A stretch of DNA of 36,951 bases from IMG/VR virus record IMGVR_UViG_3300006105_000053, positions 1-36,951 of that record; one strand, given 5' to 3'. This DNA comes from a virus. Taxonomy: Duplodnaviria > Caudoviricetes. The number at the start of each line of letters is the position of its first letter. Positions within the stretch are counted from its first letter, which is position 1. Shown here one piece after another: positions 16,821 through 29,600 of the stretch. The translations under genes and the position numbers were made by a program. Below the pieces are notes generated by a model, which was not told where the DNA came from, ran no database searches, and saw only the letters and a program-made list of their open reading frames with translations.

Positions 16821-17207
16821 ATGGCACTGTATAAAGGTTATTCCTCAGTTAATAGAACATTTGGACCATTTGGGATCACTGATAATGATCTCATCGTTCA
16901 AGATTTGTTGAATCATTTACAAATTCGTAAAGGTGAAAAATTACATAACCCAAACTTTGGTTGCATTATTTGGAACCGATTGTTTGACCCACTAACGCCT
17001 GCATTAAAAGCAGAGATTAAACAAGATATTGACCGTATTATTGCCTATGACCCACGTTTTAATGTGGTAAGCCAAACTATTGTACAAGAAAGTCCTGATG
17101 GTCGTGGTTTGGTATTAAATTTTCAACTACGTTTTGCCACTGATAACAAACTTGCGGCACTTAATGTTCTATTTGATAACACCAGTCAAAAACTGTATGT
17201 GCTTTAA
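16821..17207 (+). CDS. gp25: gp25-like baseplate wedge subunit
   Basis: DLLNHLQIRKGEKLHNPNFGCIIWNRLFDP...IIAYDPRF (GPW/gp25 family). Confidence 0.92.
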   Translation: MALYKGYSSVNRTFGPFGITDNDLIVQDLLNHLQIRKGEKLHNPNFGCIIWNRLFDPLTPALKAEIKQDIDRIIAYDPRFNVVSQTIVQESPDGRGLVLNFQLRFATDNKLAALNVLFDNTSQKLYVL

Positions 17208-17229
17208 TATGCGCAGTTAATTTTTCAAA

Positions 17230-17235
17230 TAAATA
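17230..17235 (+). promoter_or_regulatory. late promoter motif before gp6
   Basis: TAAATA in the intergenic gap, followed by GAGAG and ATG 17256. Confidence 0.5.
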
Positions 17236-17255
17236 ATATGTGATAGAGAGTACCA

Positions 17256-20200
17256 ATGGCAACTAATACACGTCAAACCAATATATTTGCTACCGAAGAT
17301 TGGAAGAAGATTTATACAACTTTCTCCAATGCTGATTTTCAAAGTTATGACTTTGAGACACTACGCAAGGTTATGGTTGATTATGTTAAAACATACTACG
17401 CAGAAGACTTCAATGACTTTATTGAAAGCAGTGAATATGTTGCGTTACTTGATCTTATTGCATTTACTGCACAAAGCGTAGCATTCCGCACAGATTTAAA
17501 TGCTCGTGAAAACTTCTTGGAAACTGCAGAACGCCGTGATAGCGTCCTGAAACTAGTAAAACAATTAAATTATGTTCCAAATCGTAATCGCAGTGCCAGT
17601 GGTTTCTTAAAAGTAAACTCTGTAACTACTACAGAAAGTATTATTGATATTAATGGTAACAATCTTGCTAGAACTGCTATTGCATGGAATGATGCCAATA
17701 ATGCTAATTGGGTAACTCAATTTTCTCAGATTATGAATGCTGCAATAAACAGCAGTCAGAAGATTGGTAAGCCTTATGCTAGTAAAACAATTAATGGTAT
17801 TCGTACTGAGCAGTATAATCTATCTGTTCCAAATACTATTTTACCTATCTTTGGTTTCAGCAGTAATGTTGGTTCAGTAAACACTAACTTTGAAATTGTA
17901 AGTGCAAATATTTTAACTACTGATACTATTAGCGAGTATGATCCTGGTACACGTGGTCAGTTTGGATTAATTTATCAGAATGATAGTCGTGGCAACAGCA
18001 GTGCAAATACTGGATTTTTCTTATTCTTTAAGCAAGGTGTGTTAAATTCTATTGATTTCACGCTCACCGACAAAGTAGCCAATCGTATTTTCTCTATAAA
18101 CAGTGAAAATGTTAACAATAATGATGTGTGGATGTATGAAATTGCCAATGGCACAATTGGAACACAATGGACACAGGTAGCAAGCACCAGTGGTAGCAAT
18201 GCTATCTATAATAGTACTGCTCGTGGTATTCGCACTCTTTATAGTGTTAACACACGTATTAATGACCAGATTGATTTGATATTTGGTGATGATAGTTTTG
18301 CCGAGATTCCACTTGGCAATTATCGTGCTTATTATCGTGTAGCCAATGGTTTAACCTATCGTATTTCACCTAGTGATATGGCTAATATCAGTGTGGCAAT
18401 TCCTTATATTAATAAGAATGGTCAAACCGAAACACTAACATTAAACTGCTCACTGCAATACACAGTAAGCAATAGTTCACGTCGTGATCTTACAAACGAA
18501 ATTAAGCAGAAAGCACCACAGGCTTATTACACACAAAATCGTATGGTAAATGGCGAAGATTATAATATTTTCCCTTACACAAGTTTCAGCGATATTGTTA
18601 AGGTAAAGAGTGTCAATCGTTTTGCAAGCGGCGTGTCTCGTGGTTTAGATATTACTGATCCAACTGGAAAGTATACCTCTACTGATCTTTATGCAAAGGA
18701 TGGTGTATTTTATAAAGATACATTCACACAGACTTTTGATTTTACATATAACAGCCGAAATGATATTATCAATGTAATTAATAATATTATTCAGCCAATT
18801 TTGGCTGATTATCCATTACGCCATTTTTATTATGAAAATTTTCCTACTATTAAAATAAATGCGATCAATCCTACTATTTGGTCTCGCAGCACAAATGATA
18901 CTACTACTTGCACAGGTTTCTTTTTAAACACAGCAGATACTACCAAAACTCCAGTTCAAATTGGTAACAGTCAAACTGATAGCAGAAAATATCTGCGTGT
19001 AGGAACGTTAATTAAATTTAGCGCACCAAGTGGTCAGTACTTTGATGCAACCAATACTCTTATTACTGGAACTCCACAGATATCTACTGACCGTACTGTT
19101 ATTTGGGCAAGTATTCAAAGTGTTAGTGGCACTGGTGCAAGTACCGTACTTGTTGCTGGTCGTAATATTGGTGCAGTTACCTTAAGTGAAAACATTCCGA
19201 GTAATGCTATTATAACCGAAGCCTATGCAGAATTAGCAACAGTATTTCAATATAACACTATCAATAGTATGGTAGGTTATATTCTAAACAAAACTGAGTT
19301 TGCACTAGTTTATGATTATACACAAACCTCTGGTGTAAATGACCCATGGGTAAAGATTGATATTTCTAAAGTTGACAATACTGGTAATTTTAATCTAGCA
19401 AGCCAATACACTAACAGTGATAGCAGTTGGTTGTTGAAGTTTAATACCGATGGTGTAAAATATACAGTAACTTATCGTCAATTAAATTATGTGTTCGGCA
19501 GCAGTACTCAGGTAAGTTTCATCAATAGCAATCCAAATGCTGTGTATGATGCTGCTACCAACAGTTTGGTTAAAGACAATGTTCGTGTACTAAACATAAA
19601 TGGCATTGCAAATGATACTAACTTAAACATTTATAAGAATGTTGTGCTAAGTGACGGATATACTGACAGCACTCGTGTGCTAGTAACTTACCCTGTTAGT
19701 AGCACGAGTGGATTGCCAACTGACCCGTTAATTTTCAGTGAAGTTAATACAACCGCTACTACTATTTTCTATAAGAAATATATTGATAGCGATAATTTAG
19801 TGCGTTATGCTTTGGTTCCAACTGGTGGAATAAGCACCCTATATCCTACTAAGATTGCGTTAAATGCGGTTCGTAATAATTTCCCAACTAATAGTTTATT
19901 CTTTTGTGTTAACGATAATGCATTTTATCAAATTCAAAGTATTAACGGCGTAGCAACAGTTGTGGATGTAAGCACCAATTATCTTAACTATTATGGTCGT
20001 CAAAATTTAATATTTGAATATCAGCACAATGCCGAGAATACTCGCCGTATTGATCCTGCTGCTACAAATCTGATTGACACCTATATTCTTACACGCAGTT
20101 ATGATGAAAGTTATCGCAACTATGTGTTAGATAACACTAATACAGTACAAAAACCAGCAGACTTAGACAGCGTAACTCTTAATAACAGTTACAGCAATTT

Positions 20201-20645
20201 GTTTACATACAAGATGATAAGCGATGAAATGATCTTAAATGCTGGCGTTTATAAGTTGCTATTTGGAGCAAAGGCAGTAAGTAGTTTACGTGCTAACTTC
20301 CAAGTTATTAAAAGTCCAAGCACTACCCTAAGTGATACTGAAATTAAAAGCCGTGTGGTAGATGCTATCAATGCTTATTTCGTGTTAGATAATTGGGACT
20401 TCGGTGATACATTTTATTTTAGTGAACTATCTTCTTACTTGCATCAGCAACTGAGTGGATATATTAGTAGTATTGTTCTGGTTCCAGTAGATACTACTGC
20501 AACCTTTGGTAGCCTATATGAAATTCGTTGCCAACCAAATGAGATATTTTTAAGTGCGGCTACCGTTGATAATGTACAAATTGTACAAGGCGTGTTAGCC
20601 GGTATTAATGCGGCTGGCATTGGTCAAAGTTCAGTAGGATACTAA
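17256..20645 (+). CDS. gp6: gp6-like baseplate wedge subunit (enlarged, 1129 aa)
   Basis: DFQSYDFETLR, FNDFIESSEYVALLDLIA, RENFLETAERRDSVLKLVKQLNY, LIFGDDSFAEIP, TQNRMVNGEDY, WDFGDTFYFSEL. Confidence 0.9.
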   Translation: MATNTRQTNIFATEDWKKIYTTFSNADFQSYDFETLRKVMVDYVKTYYAEDFNDFIESSEYVALLDLIAFTAQSVAFRTDLNARENFLETAERRDSVLKLVKQLNYVPNRNRSASGFLKVNSVTTTESIIDINGNNLARTAIAWNDANNANWVTQFSQIMNAAINSSQKIGKPYASKTINGIRTEQYNLSVPNTILPIFGFSSNVGSVNTNFEIVSANILTTDTISEYDPGTRGQFGLIYQNDSRGNSSANTGFFLFFKQGVLNSIDFTLTDKVANRIFSINSENVNNNDVWMYEIANGTIGTQWTQVASTSGSNAIYNSTARGIRTLYSVNTRINDQIDLIFGDDSFAEIPLGNYRAYYRVANGLTYRISPSDMANISVAIPYINKNGQTETLTLNCSLQYTVSNSSRRDLTNEIKQKAPQAYYTQNRMVNGEDYNIFPYTSFSDIVKVKSVNRFASGVSRGLDITDPTGKYTSTDLYAKDGVFYKDTFTQTFDFTYNSRNDIINVINNIIQPILADYPLRHFYYENFPTIKINAINPTIWSRSTNDTTTCTGFFLNTADTTKTPVQIGNSQTDSRKYLRVGTLIKFSAPSGQYFDATNTLITGTPQISTDRTVIWASIQSVSGTGASTVLVAGRNIGAVTLSENIPSNAIITEAYAELATVFQYNTINSMVGYILNKTEFALVYDYTQTSGVNDPWVKIDISKVDNTGNFNLASQYTNSDSSWLLKFNTDGVKYTVTYRQLNYVFGSSTQVSFINSNPNAVYDAATNSLVKDNVRVLNINGIANDTNLNIYKNVVLSDGYTDSTRVLVTYPVSSTSGLPTDPLIFSEVNTTATTIFYKKYIDSDNLVRYALVPTGGISTLYPTKIALNAVRNNFPTNSLFFCVNDNAFYQIQSINGVATVVDVSTNYLNYYGRQNLIFEYQHNAENTRRIDPAATNLIDTYILTRSYDESYRNYVLDNTNTVQKPADLDSVTLNNSYSNLFTYKMISDEMILNAGVYKLLFGAKAVSSLRANFQVIKSPSTTLSDTEIKSRVVDAINAYFVLDNWDFGDTFYFSELSSYLHQQLSGYISSIVLVPVDTTATFGSLYEIRCQPNEIFLSAATVDNVQIVQGVLAGINAAGIGQSSVGY

Positions 20646-20649
20646 TAGT

Positions 20650-23600
20650 ATGGCAAAGCGTAAGAGTAGTAAGTTTTTACCACAGGTTTTTCAAACAAGT
20701 AGTAATAATCGTTTTTTAAATGCCACACTAGACCAATTGATTCAAGAACCAGCACTTAAAAAAGTATATGGTTATATTGGTCAACAAGATCAAAGCAGTG
20801 TGTTTAATAGCAAAGATTATTATATCACTGAAAATGATCCTTATGCACAGTTTTATCAGTTAGAACCTGGCGTTGTTATTAAGAAACGTGCGGTTAATAG
20901 TAATACCTATAAGATTGACAATGTTTATAACTATCCTGATTTGCTTAACCAAGTAGTAAGTGATGGTGGTATTAATAATAATCATCAACGCATGTTTACA
21001 AATCGTTATTATAACTATAATGGCTTTGTTGACTTAGATAAACTTACAAACTATCGTCAATACTACTGGGTTCCAAATGGTCCACTAAGTGTAGATGTCA
21101 CTGCAGGCGGCACCGCCATTCAAAATGATTATTATGTTACTCGTGTAAGTTATACCGCAAATAATCAAACTGAGCAACAAAGTGCTGCTATCGGTCGAAG
21201 TGGTTATACCATTGAAGGTTATTCAAATGCGGTTAACCCAACACTTACGCTTGTTCGTGGTGGTCATTATAACTTTCATCTTGGTCAACTTGGATTTCCA
21301 TTCTGGATTCAAACAGAAATTGGAACAAGTGGTACAAGTAGCATTCAAAACAATATTTCAACTCGTGATGTGCTAGGTGTTGTTAATAATGGCAACGATT
21401 TCGGTACAGTTACGTTTAACGTGCCACAAAAAACTGCGCAGGATCAGTTAATTAATCTGCCTGCCATACAAAACATTGACATGATTGTAGATGTGCCTTA
21501 TAATCAAATACAAGGCGTAAACTATGATACATTTATTCAAACCAATGGGTTTGATGGTGTTCGTGCATTTGACGGCAAGTATATCTATATCAATGTTCCA
21601 TTTGATGACACATGGGATGGCGTAGCACTTGCACAACGTAGCGGTATCTGGCAAGTTAATGTTCAGCCAGACCGTACTATGAAGTTAACTTTTATTACCA
21701 CTTGGCCAAACAATTACAAAACTTTTGTTACCCAAGGTCAACAGTATGGTCATACATTCTGTTATAAAAATAGTAGTGGTTACTTTCAACAGTTTCCTAC
21801 TATCAGTGCGTTACTTGACACACTTTATTATGTAGATCAAAATAACCCAAACATTTATGGTCAAATCAGACTTATTGATCCAGACCCAAAAAGCGTTCTT
21901 AATGTTAATGATATCATTGGTCGTGACCATTATACAAGTCCAAACGGTGTGCAATTTACTAGTGGTTTAAAGGTAAAATTTATTGGACTAGTAACCCCTG
22001 GCGGTTATTACGGCAATGAATATATCGTTGAAGGCGTAGGTAATGCTATTAGACTTGTTAAATTTGCTGATTTAGTAACACCAGAAACAATTAATGCCGC
22101 CAGTGGTGGTTTCTTTGGTAACGGCGAAGGATATGATGCGGGTGGATATGATGGTAACACAAACAATCCTACTCAAAAAGATTATATTACCATTAACCGT
22201 AGCAGCATAGATGGCAATAGTTGGAGTCGAAATAACCGTTGGTTCCATCGTGATGTGCTACAATATGCAGCAAATGTAACTAATCAAACATTTGAATTTG
22301 ATGCAAATTACCAGGCAAAGCGTCCTATTGTAGAGTTTCTACCTGACTTTAAACTTTATAGTCATGGTACCTCTTATGCTGGTCCTGTTACTGTTGTGGA
22401 CAGCACAATCACCAATGCCTTTGCACAAGTAGAAGGTTTTAATAACTATGCGCTACAGAACAATGGCGTATTCATAACTGATGGTATTCAGTTACAAAAT
22501 GGCTTTACTGTGTTGTTCAAGAACGATGCTAATCCAACGGTTCGTAATACCATATATCAGGTTCAAACTGTTAAAACAAGAGCCACGGCTGTTTATAATG
22601 TTATTACCTATGCATATAGTTCTGATGGCACCAGTCAACTTTATATCAATGATACTACAAATTTGCGTATTGGTCAAGCAGTTGCTGGAATTGTTCTTAA
22701 TAATAGTTATATCTATGGAAGTAATCCTTATAATAATAGTACAGTTTATAATACTGGTGATTATGTAACATTTAAAAATAATACATATCGTGCTACTGCA
22801 ATTCAAGGTTCTATAGCAACTACAGCAACCTTTACCGCTTCAAGCAATAACATTACGGTAGCTAGCGCCACGGGTATTACTATTGGACAACCGATTAATG
22901 TACTAGATACATATGTTCCTTTTGGAACTGTTGTTACTAATGTTTCTGGTACAACTGTAACACTGAGCAATAACGCATCTTCTAGTGGCTCTGCCGTGAA
23001 TGTAGCATTTACTATCGTAGACACAAGCGTTGTGCCAACTACTGCTACGCTAACAAACAACAGTAATACCATAACAGTTGCTAGTACATTTGGAATTGTA
23101 ACGGGACAAGCTGTATTTGAAACAAATATTCCTACAGGAAATAGCAGCCGTATTCCTGTTGGTACAATAGTAAAAAACATTAATACAGATACAAATACTA
23201 TTACTTTAAGCAATGCTGTAACTGGAGACGGAACGGGAGTTACGGTTTCTTTTAATACATTTGGTATTTCTCCACCAAATAACACACGTTGGTCTTTAAT
23301 CTCAGATAGTAATCCATTCTATCCAAATACAACTATTACTAAGATAGATTCGAGTAATAATATTGTTTATATTAGTAGTAAATTAAAAAATGTCATACCT
23401 AGTGGCACATATATTCAATTTAATAATACTGCTGATCAAATTAATCTTATACCATATAAAACCGTTCAAAACGGTGAAGCTATTGTTGCTCTAGATGGAA
23501 TAAACAATCAAGGAAACATGTTCTATTATGTAGATGGTGTGTGGAACACTGCACAAATTCGTAACAGCAGACCACAGTTTCCACTATTTGATATTGTAGA

Positions 23601-26600
23601 TAGCAATGGTTTTTTACTAGGTGATACTGCTTCTTATCCAAGTAGTAACTTTAAGGGCAGTCAACTATTTGGTTATACAATCGGTAACGGTGCTCGTGAT
23701 AGTGAACTTGGTTTTAGTTTAAAATATCAAAGTATTGGCAATCTTGGTGATATTGTTTTTTCAAATTACTATGTAAGTGATACATTTAACTACAACTTAA
23801 ATCAGATTGATACTGTTGTAAACATTAACAGTGGTTATGCACCTTTTATTGTTGGTTGGAATAATTATACTTTTGCAAATGGTTGGACAGAAGTAAGTGA
23901 TAAGAGTAAGCAGCATATTACTAAAACATTTACAGCAACTGCGGTAAGTTTTAATAATTTTGACTTGAACGTGGTATACAATAACAGTTATTATGAAAGA
24001 AATCTATTTGTAAGCATTAATGGCGTACTGCAATCAAGTGGCACTTATAATATTACTACTAATGCAACTACTACTATTTTAAATTTAAGTAATAACTTAA
24101 ATGAAGGTGATAGACTGTTCGTTAAGATTAATGGCATTAGTTCCGTATATAAACAATTGTATACTATGCCAAGAAACCTTACTAACAATAGTGAGAACAC
24201 TGAATTTGCTACAATTACACTTGGTCAAGTTCGTAATCATCTTATTGAAATTGGTAATAATAGCCTAGATTTAATTGGACCACCTGCTGGTAGTAATAAC
24301 TTCCGTGATATTAAGTATAATAATGTTGGCGGAAAACTGCTACAACATAGCGCAAGTATGCGTCCTGCTGCGTTGTTATTTTCTAACCCAGATGTTGATC
24401 CTGTTCGTGCAATCAACTTTGCCAGTCAGAGTTATCAAAACTTTAAAAACCAATTATTAGATGCAATCAATACAAAGCAATTTGGTAATACGGGCGACTA
24501 TCGTGCGTGTTTAGATACTATTTTAGCAGATTTTAATCTTACTGCCAATAGTGCAAATAATTTTTACTATAGCGATATGATTGCTGGTGGTAACAATTAT
24601 GTTAAGAATACCTATACTATACAAGATACAACTTATAGAAACTTTAACCTAACTACTAATTTTTCTACAAAGCCAACCAGTTATATTGCTGCGCTAGTAT
24701 ACTTAAATGGCGTATTGCTCGTCAATGGTTTTGATTATACTATTACTAATTTCACAGTATCGCTATCCAGTTCTCTTACTATCGCACGTTTGGATACACT
24801 TGATGTCTATGAGTATAGTAGCACTCTTGGCTGCAATGTGCCACCTACTCCTTCAAAACTTGGACTTTATCCTAAGTTTAAGCCACAGATTACAGTAGAT
24901 AACACATATGCCAGTGGTCCACAAACTGTAGTAGTAGGGCATGATGGCAGTTATAATGTTGCATACGGTGATTACCGTGATAATATTCTATTAGAATATG
25001 AAAAGCGTGTTTATAATAATATTGCAGTAGAATATCAAAATAACAGTGATTATGATTTAATAAGTGTGCAACCAGGTGCTTTCCGTAAAACTGATTATAG
25101 TTTTGCAGAATGGACACAGTTGTTAAGCAGCAGTTTCCTTACATGGAGCACGCAAAATAACGTTGATATCTTTACTAATAGTACTACTAGCAATAATCTT
25201 TTTAGTTTTAACTATAGCAGTGGCACAGACAAAATATTTGGTGATACTGTGCCTGGTTACTGGCGTGGTATCTACAATTATTTTTATGATACTGATCGTC
25301 CACACACTGCTCCATGGGAAATGATTGGCTTTACAAGTGAACCTGTGTGGTGGCAAAACAAATATGGACCTGGCCCATATAGTAATCAAAATACCACGAT
25401 GTGGAGTGATCTTGAACTAGGCTTAGTTTACAATGGCGCACCAAATAAAAGTTATATTAACTATCGTTACAGCAGACCTGGTTTAAGTCGCATTATCCCA
25501 ACTGATGAGCATGGTAACCTACTTCCGCCAAACCTAACAGTGTTGCGCAGTTTTGATGCAAATGCGGCTGCTGGTGCATGGCGTGTTGGCGATCAAAGTC
25601 CAGCAGAAACTACTTGGCGTCGTAGCAGTGCTTATCCATTTGCTACACAAGTTGCTTGGTGTTTGGCTAGACCAGCAGAATATTGCGCACTAAAGTATAA
25701 TACACATGATGTTGTTTACAACAGCAACCTTAACCAAATTATTAACACTGTATCCAATAATCGTGTGTTTAACTATGCGGTAACTGGTGCTGACCAATAT
25801 ATACCTGGATTAAATGTATTCATTCGTGAACTATTAATCTCAAATAATTTAGATACACAACGAAATTGGATTGATGTAGCCAACAATAGTACATTTAACT
25901 TAGTATACAAACTTAGTGGTTATACTGACAAGAGTTATATTACAGTTGTTGCTGATCAAGTAAGTCCACAAAGCACCAATACAAGTGTATTAATTCCACA
26001 AGAAAATTATCAGATTAAAGTAACCAAAAGTGCACCAGTTGCTCGTGCAGTATACAGTGCAGTTGTTGTTCAAAAAACAAATACTGGATATCAGGTTAGC
26101 GGATTTGATAAAGAACGTCCATATTTCTTGGCTATCCCAAGTGTTATTAACTCAAATAACTATGGTATTTCAGCAGGCAATAGCACTGCAATTGTTTATC
26201 GTGATGCACAAAATAGTATTATAAGTTTTGCTTATGGCACTATATTTGCTACTGAGCAACAGGTTGTAGATTTCTTAATAAGTTATGGAAGATACCTTAC
26301 TAATAGTGGATTTGTATTTGATACAACTCTTGCAGATAATGCCACAATAAGCGATTGGTCACTTGCTGCAAAAGAATTTTTATTCTGGAATCAGCAACAG
26401 TGGGGTGATAATACAGTTATTTCACTTACACCTGCTGGAACCAATATTACATTTAGTAGTCCATATGGTATTGTTGATACTATCAGTAACGATCATAACC
26501 TAACCAAGATTATCAATAGTGATGGTGCAGTTTTAACAGGTCGTGACTATCGTGTTTATCGTAGCGATAATACATTCACTGTTGAACTGAAAGATACTCA

Positions 26601-29600
26601 AAAAGGTATTCATCTTATTGACCTTATTGTTGTGCAGTATGAACACAGTATTGTATTTGATAATAGCACAGTATTCAATGATATTCTGTATGATGAGCAA
26701 GTAGGCAGTCGTCAGTATCGTTTACGCCTTGATGGAACTAAAACACAGGGTTGGAATGGCAGTTTCTATGCGCCAGGTTTCCTTATCAATTATAGCGATA
26801 TTGATATATGGTATAGTTATACCGATTATTATACTGGTGATATTGTTCTTTTTAAGAACAAATATTATGCCGCACAGAATTTTATACCTGGCAAGCCTAA
26901 GTTTGTTGCAACTGATTGGTATGAGATAAATGGTAATTTACTGAGCAAGCAACTTATTCCAAATATGGCAAGTGGCGCAGCGCAGTTTACGAACTTCTAT
27001 AATCCAGATGAAGCAGACCTTAATACAAGTGCTGATATTCAAAGCAAGCATGCAACAGGTTTCCAAGATCGTCAATACTTAACTGACCTTGGATTAGATC
27101 GTACCACTCAGTATAAATTCTATTTGGGTATGATTGCTCAAAAAGGTACACAGGCTGTTGTTAATGCATTCTTACGTAATAAACAAAGTCGTATCGATAG
27201 TGATATTACACTTGTTGAACAGTGGGCGTTAAAATTAGGTAACTATGGTGGCACTTCAAATGTAGACAAACTTGAGTTTAATATTGGCAATAGCACTGCT
27301 ATTAATAACCAGTATCTATTTGAGTTCATTAGTAAGAATGATGCACGTAATACAACTTATAACAGTGTAAAGCCACAAGATTTATTGCTTGCGCCAAACA
27401 CTTATCGCACAGATTTATTTGCCAAGACAGAAAATATCAATACGCTTATTCCATATGCTGGTCCAGTAAGTACCAATGATGTTGCACTAACAACCTATGA
27501 TATCTCTAAGATTTATAATATCAGTAATCTAAATGGTGTTCTTGGTGAAAGCAGTAAAATTTGGATTGCGGCCGATAGTTCAAATCAATGGGGCGTATAT
27601 CGTTTAACACAAACTAGTACTGCGTATGTTACAAATGTAAACCAGACTAGTCCAACTGAACTAACATTTACTACTAATGTCGCACACGGATTTGCTGTGC
27701 TAGATTATGTCATGCTAAAAGGTGCAAGACTAAGCAATGTTGGTGGCAGTAATATTAGTGACTTGAGTGGTTTTTACCGTGTGAGTCGTGTTGGTGGCAA
27801 TGTATTCTCTGTAAAGGTTACCAACAATACAAGTGTGTCTAGTGGCGTGTTAAAAGCACAAGTATTCAAACTTGTTAATGTTCGTTATAGCACAGTACGT
27901 GATTTTGGCGCATATACTCCTGCACGTGGATGGAGCAACGGTGAAATAATTTACATTGATAATGGTCCAAGTGGTTATCAAGTTCTGCAAAATACACCTA
28001 ACTATCCGTTATATGAAACAAAGAGTCCTGTTTTTACAACTAATACCGATAATTTTGGTACTAGTATCAAGATTAACAAGAATCAAAATGTAGCAATCGT
28101 TGGTGCTAGCAGTAAGAATACTACTGGTGAAGTATTTGTTTATGGAAAGAACCAACAAAATGTATGGCAAGAAGTAGCAAGTCTATCACCAGATAGTCGC
28201 ATCCGTAGTTTTGGTTCTTCTGTAGATATTAATAATAATAACATTGCTGCAATTGCTGCGACGGGTGGAAACTATGGTTCTATCTATATTGCAACTGCAA
28301 ATAGTCAGTCAATCGCAGTTACACAAATTATACATTATGATAACGCTGTTGTTCAAAGTGCAGGTTTCACACAAAGCAACGCATATGTATTGGTTCCAAA
28401 TGCAACAAGTCTATCAAACTTTGCCGCAGGCATGGGTATTGGCGGCGGCGGTATTCCAAGTGGAACAAAAATTGCTAATATTGGCACTGGTCCTCAATTT
28501 AATTATTTTGGGTTAACTACAAACTTAGCAGTTGCCAGTGTGACACTTGCAGCAAATAGTAGTATTGCAATTTACAGTAACTTAACACCAGGTTCAAAAT
28601 TTGCTACTAGCATGTCAATGAGTACGGATGGTAATTGGTTATATGTTGGTGAGCCAGTTAATAATCAAGTATTTGTTTATCAATATGCAAATGTTGCAGC
28701 AAGTTCAACTACTCGTGTAGGTGATGGTAGCAGTAAGACATTTACATATCCTGCTACTGCCCTTGGTCAAGGATTACGTTCACAGGACATTAAAGTTTAT
28801 GTAAATGGTGTAATTCAAGTTCCTGAGTTAGACTACTATCGTGATCCAGGTAATGACAACGTTGCGTTTTATACTGCGCCTGCAAGCGGAGCAGCAATTA
28901 ATCTTGTATACGAACCATATTTCCGCCAAGTAAACAGAATAATTACAACTGACACACAAGCAAGTGGGTTTGGTTTTAGTGTTAATACTAACAGTGATGG
29001 CAGAATTGTAGCAATCGGTGCACCAAATAGTACAATTACAAACAGCAATGTTACTAACAGTGGTTTAACTTATATCTATGAGCGCACTATTGAAAATTTA
29101 GTAGCAAGCGGCACTGTCAATAATTTCCAATTAAGTAACGCATTTGCAAACAGTGCGGCACTTACTACTCCGTATCTAACTGCTTTCCCAATAGCAAGTG
29201 TAGACGGTATTATAGATACAGCCGCTTCATTTAACTATGCTACAAATCAGGTAACACTAAGCAGTTATCCACAAATTGATACTACGGTCAGTGTACAAAC
29301 AAACCAATTTGCACTTATTGCAAATTTAAAAACTGACACTGTAAAAGTAGACAGTAATTATGGTGAAACAGTACGCATCTCTGCAAATAATAGTGAAGTA
29401 TACGTAGGTGCTCCTGGTTGGAATAGTGGTTCACGTGGAAACGGCTCTGTTTGGAAGCATGTTAATGTAGCAAAGAAATATGGCAGTGTAACTGGCACAG
29501 TCGCAAATTTTATTGTTGCTGCAAATAGCAGTATTCGTATTAATGATTACCTTGTAACATTTGGTCAAACATTTAGACCGCCATATGATCCCATTTATTT

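Noticed and set aside
17238-17243. ATG-TGA start-stop element upstream of gp6
   Set aside because: Its ATG lies upstream of the expected late transcription start; likely chance in AT-rich DNA
22803-23285. 160-aa antisense ORF and the other 60-120-aa nested or antisense ORFs in the track
   Set aside because: Shadow frames of long, well-supported genes; no motifs, RBS or promoters seen
28441-28452. GGC triplet run as a phase-variation tract
   Set aside because: Only four Gly codons, in frame, within a Gly-rich loop
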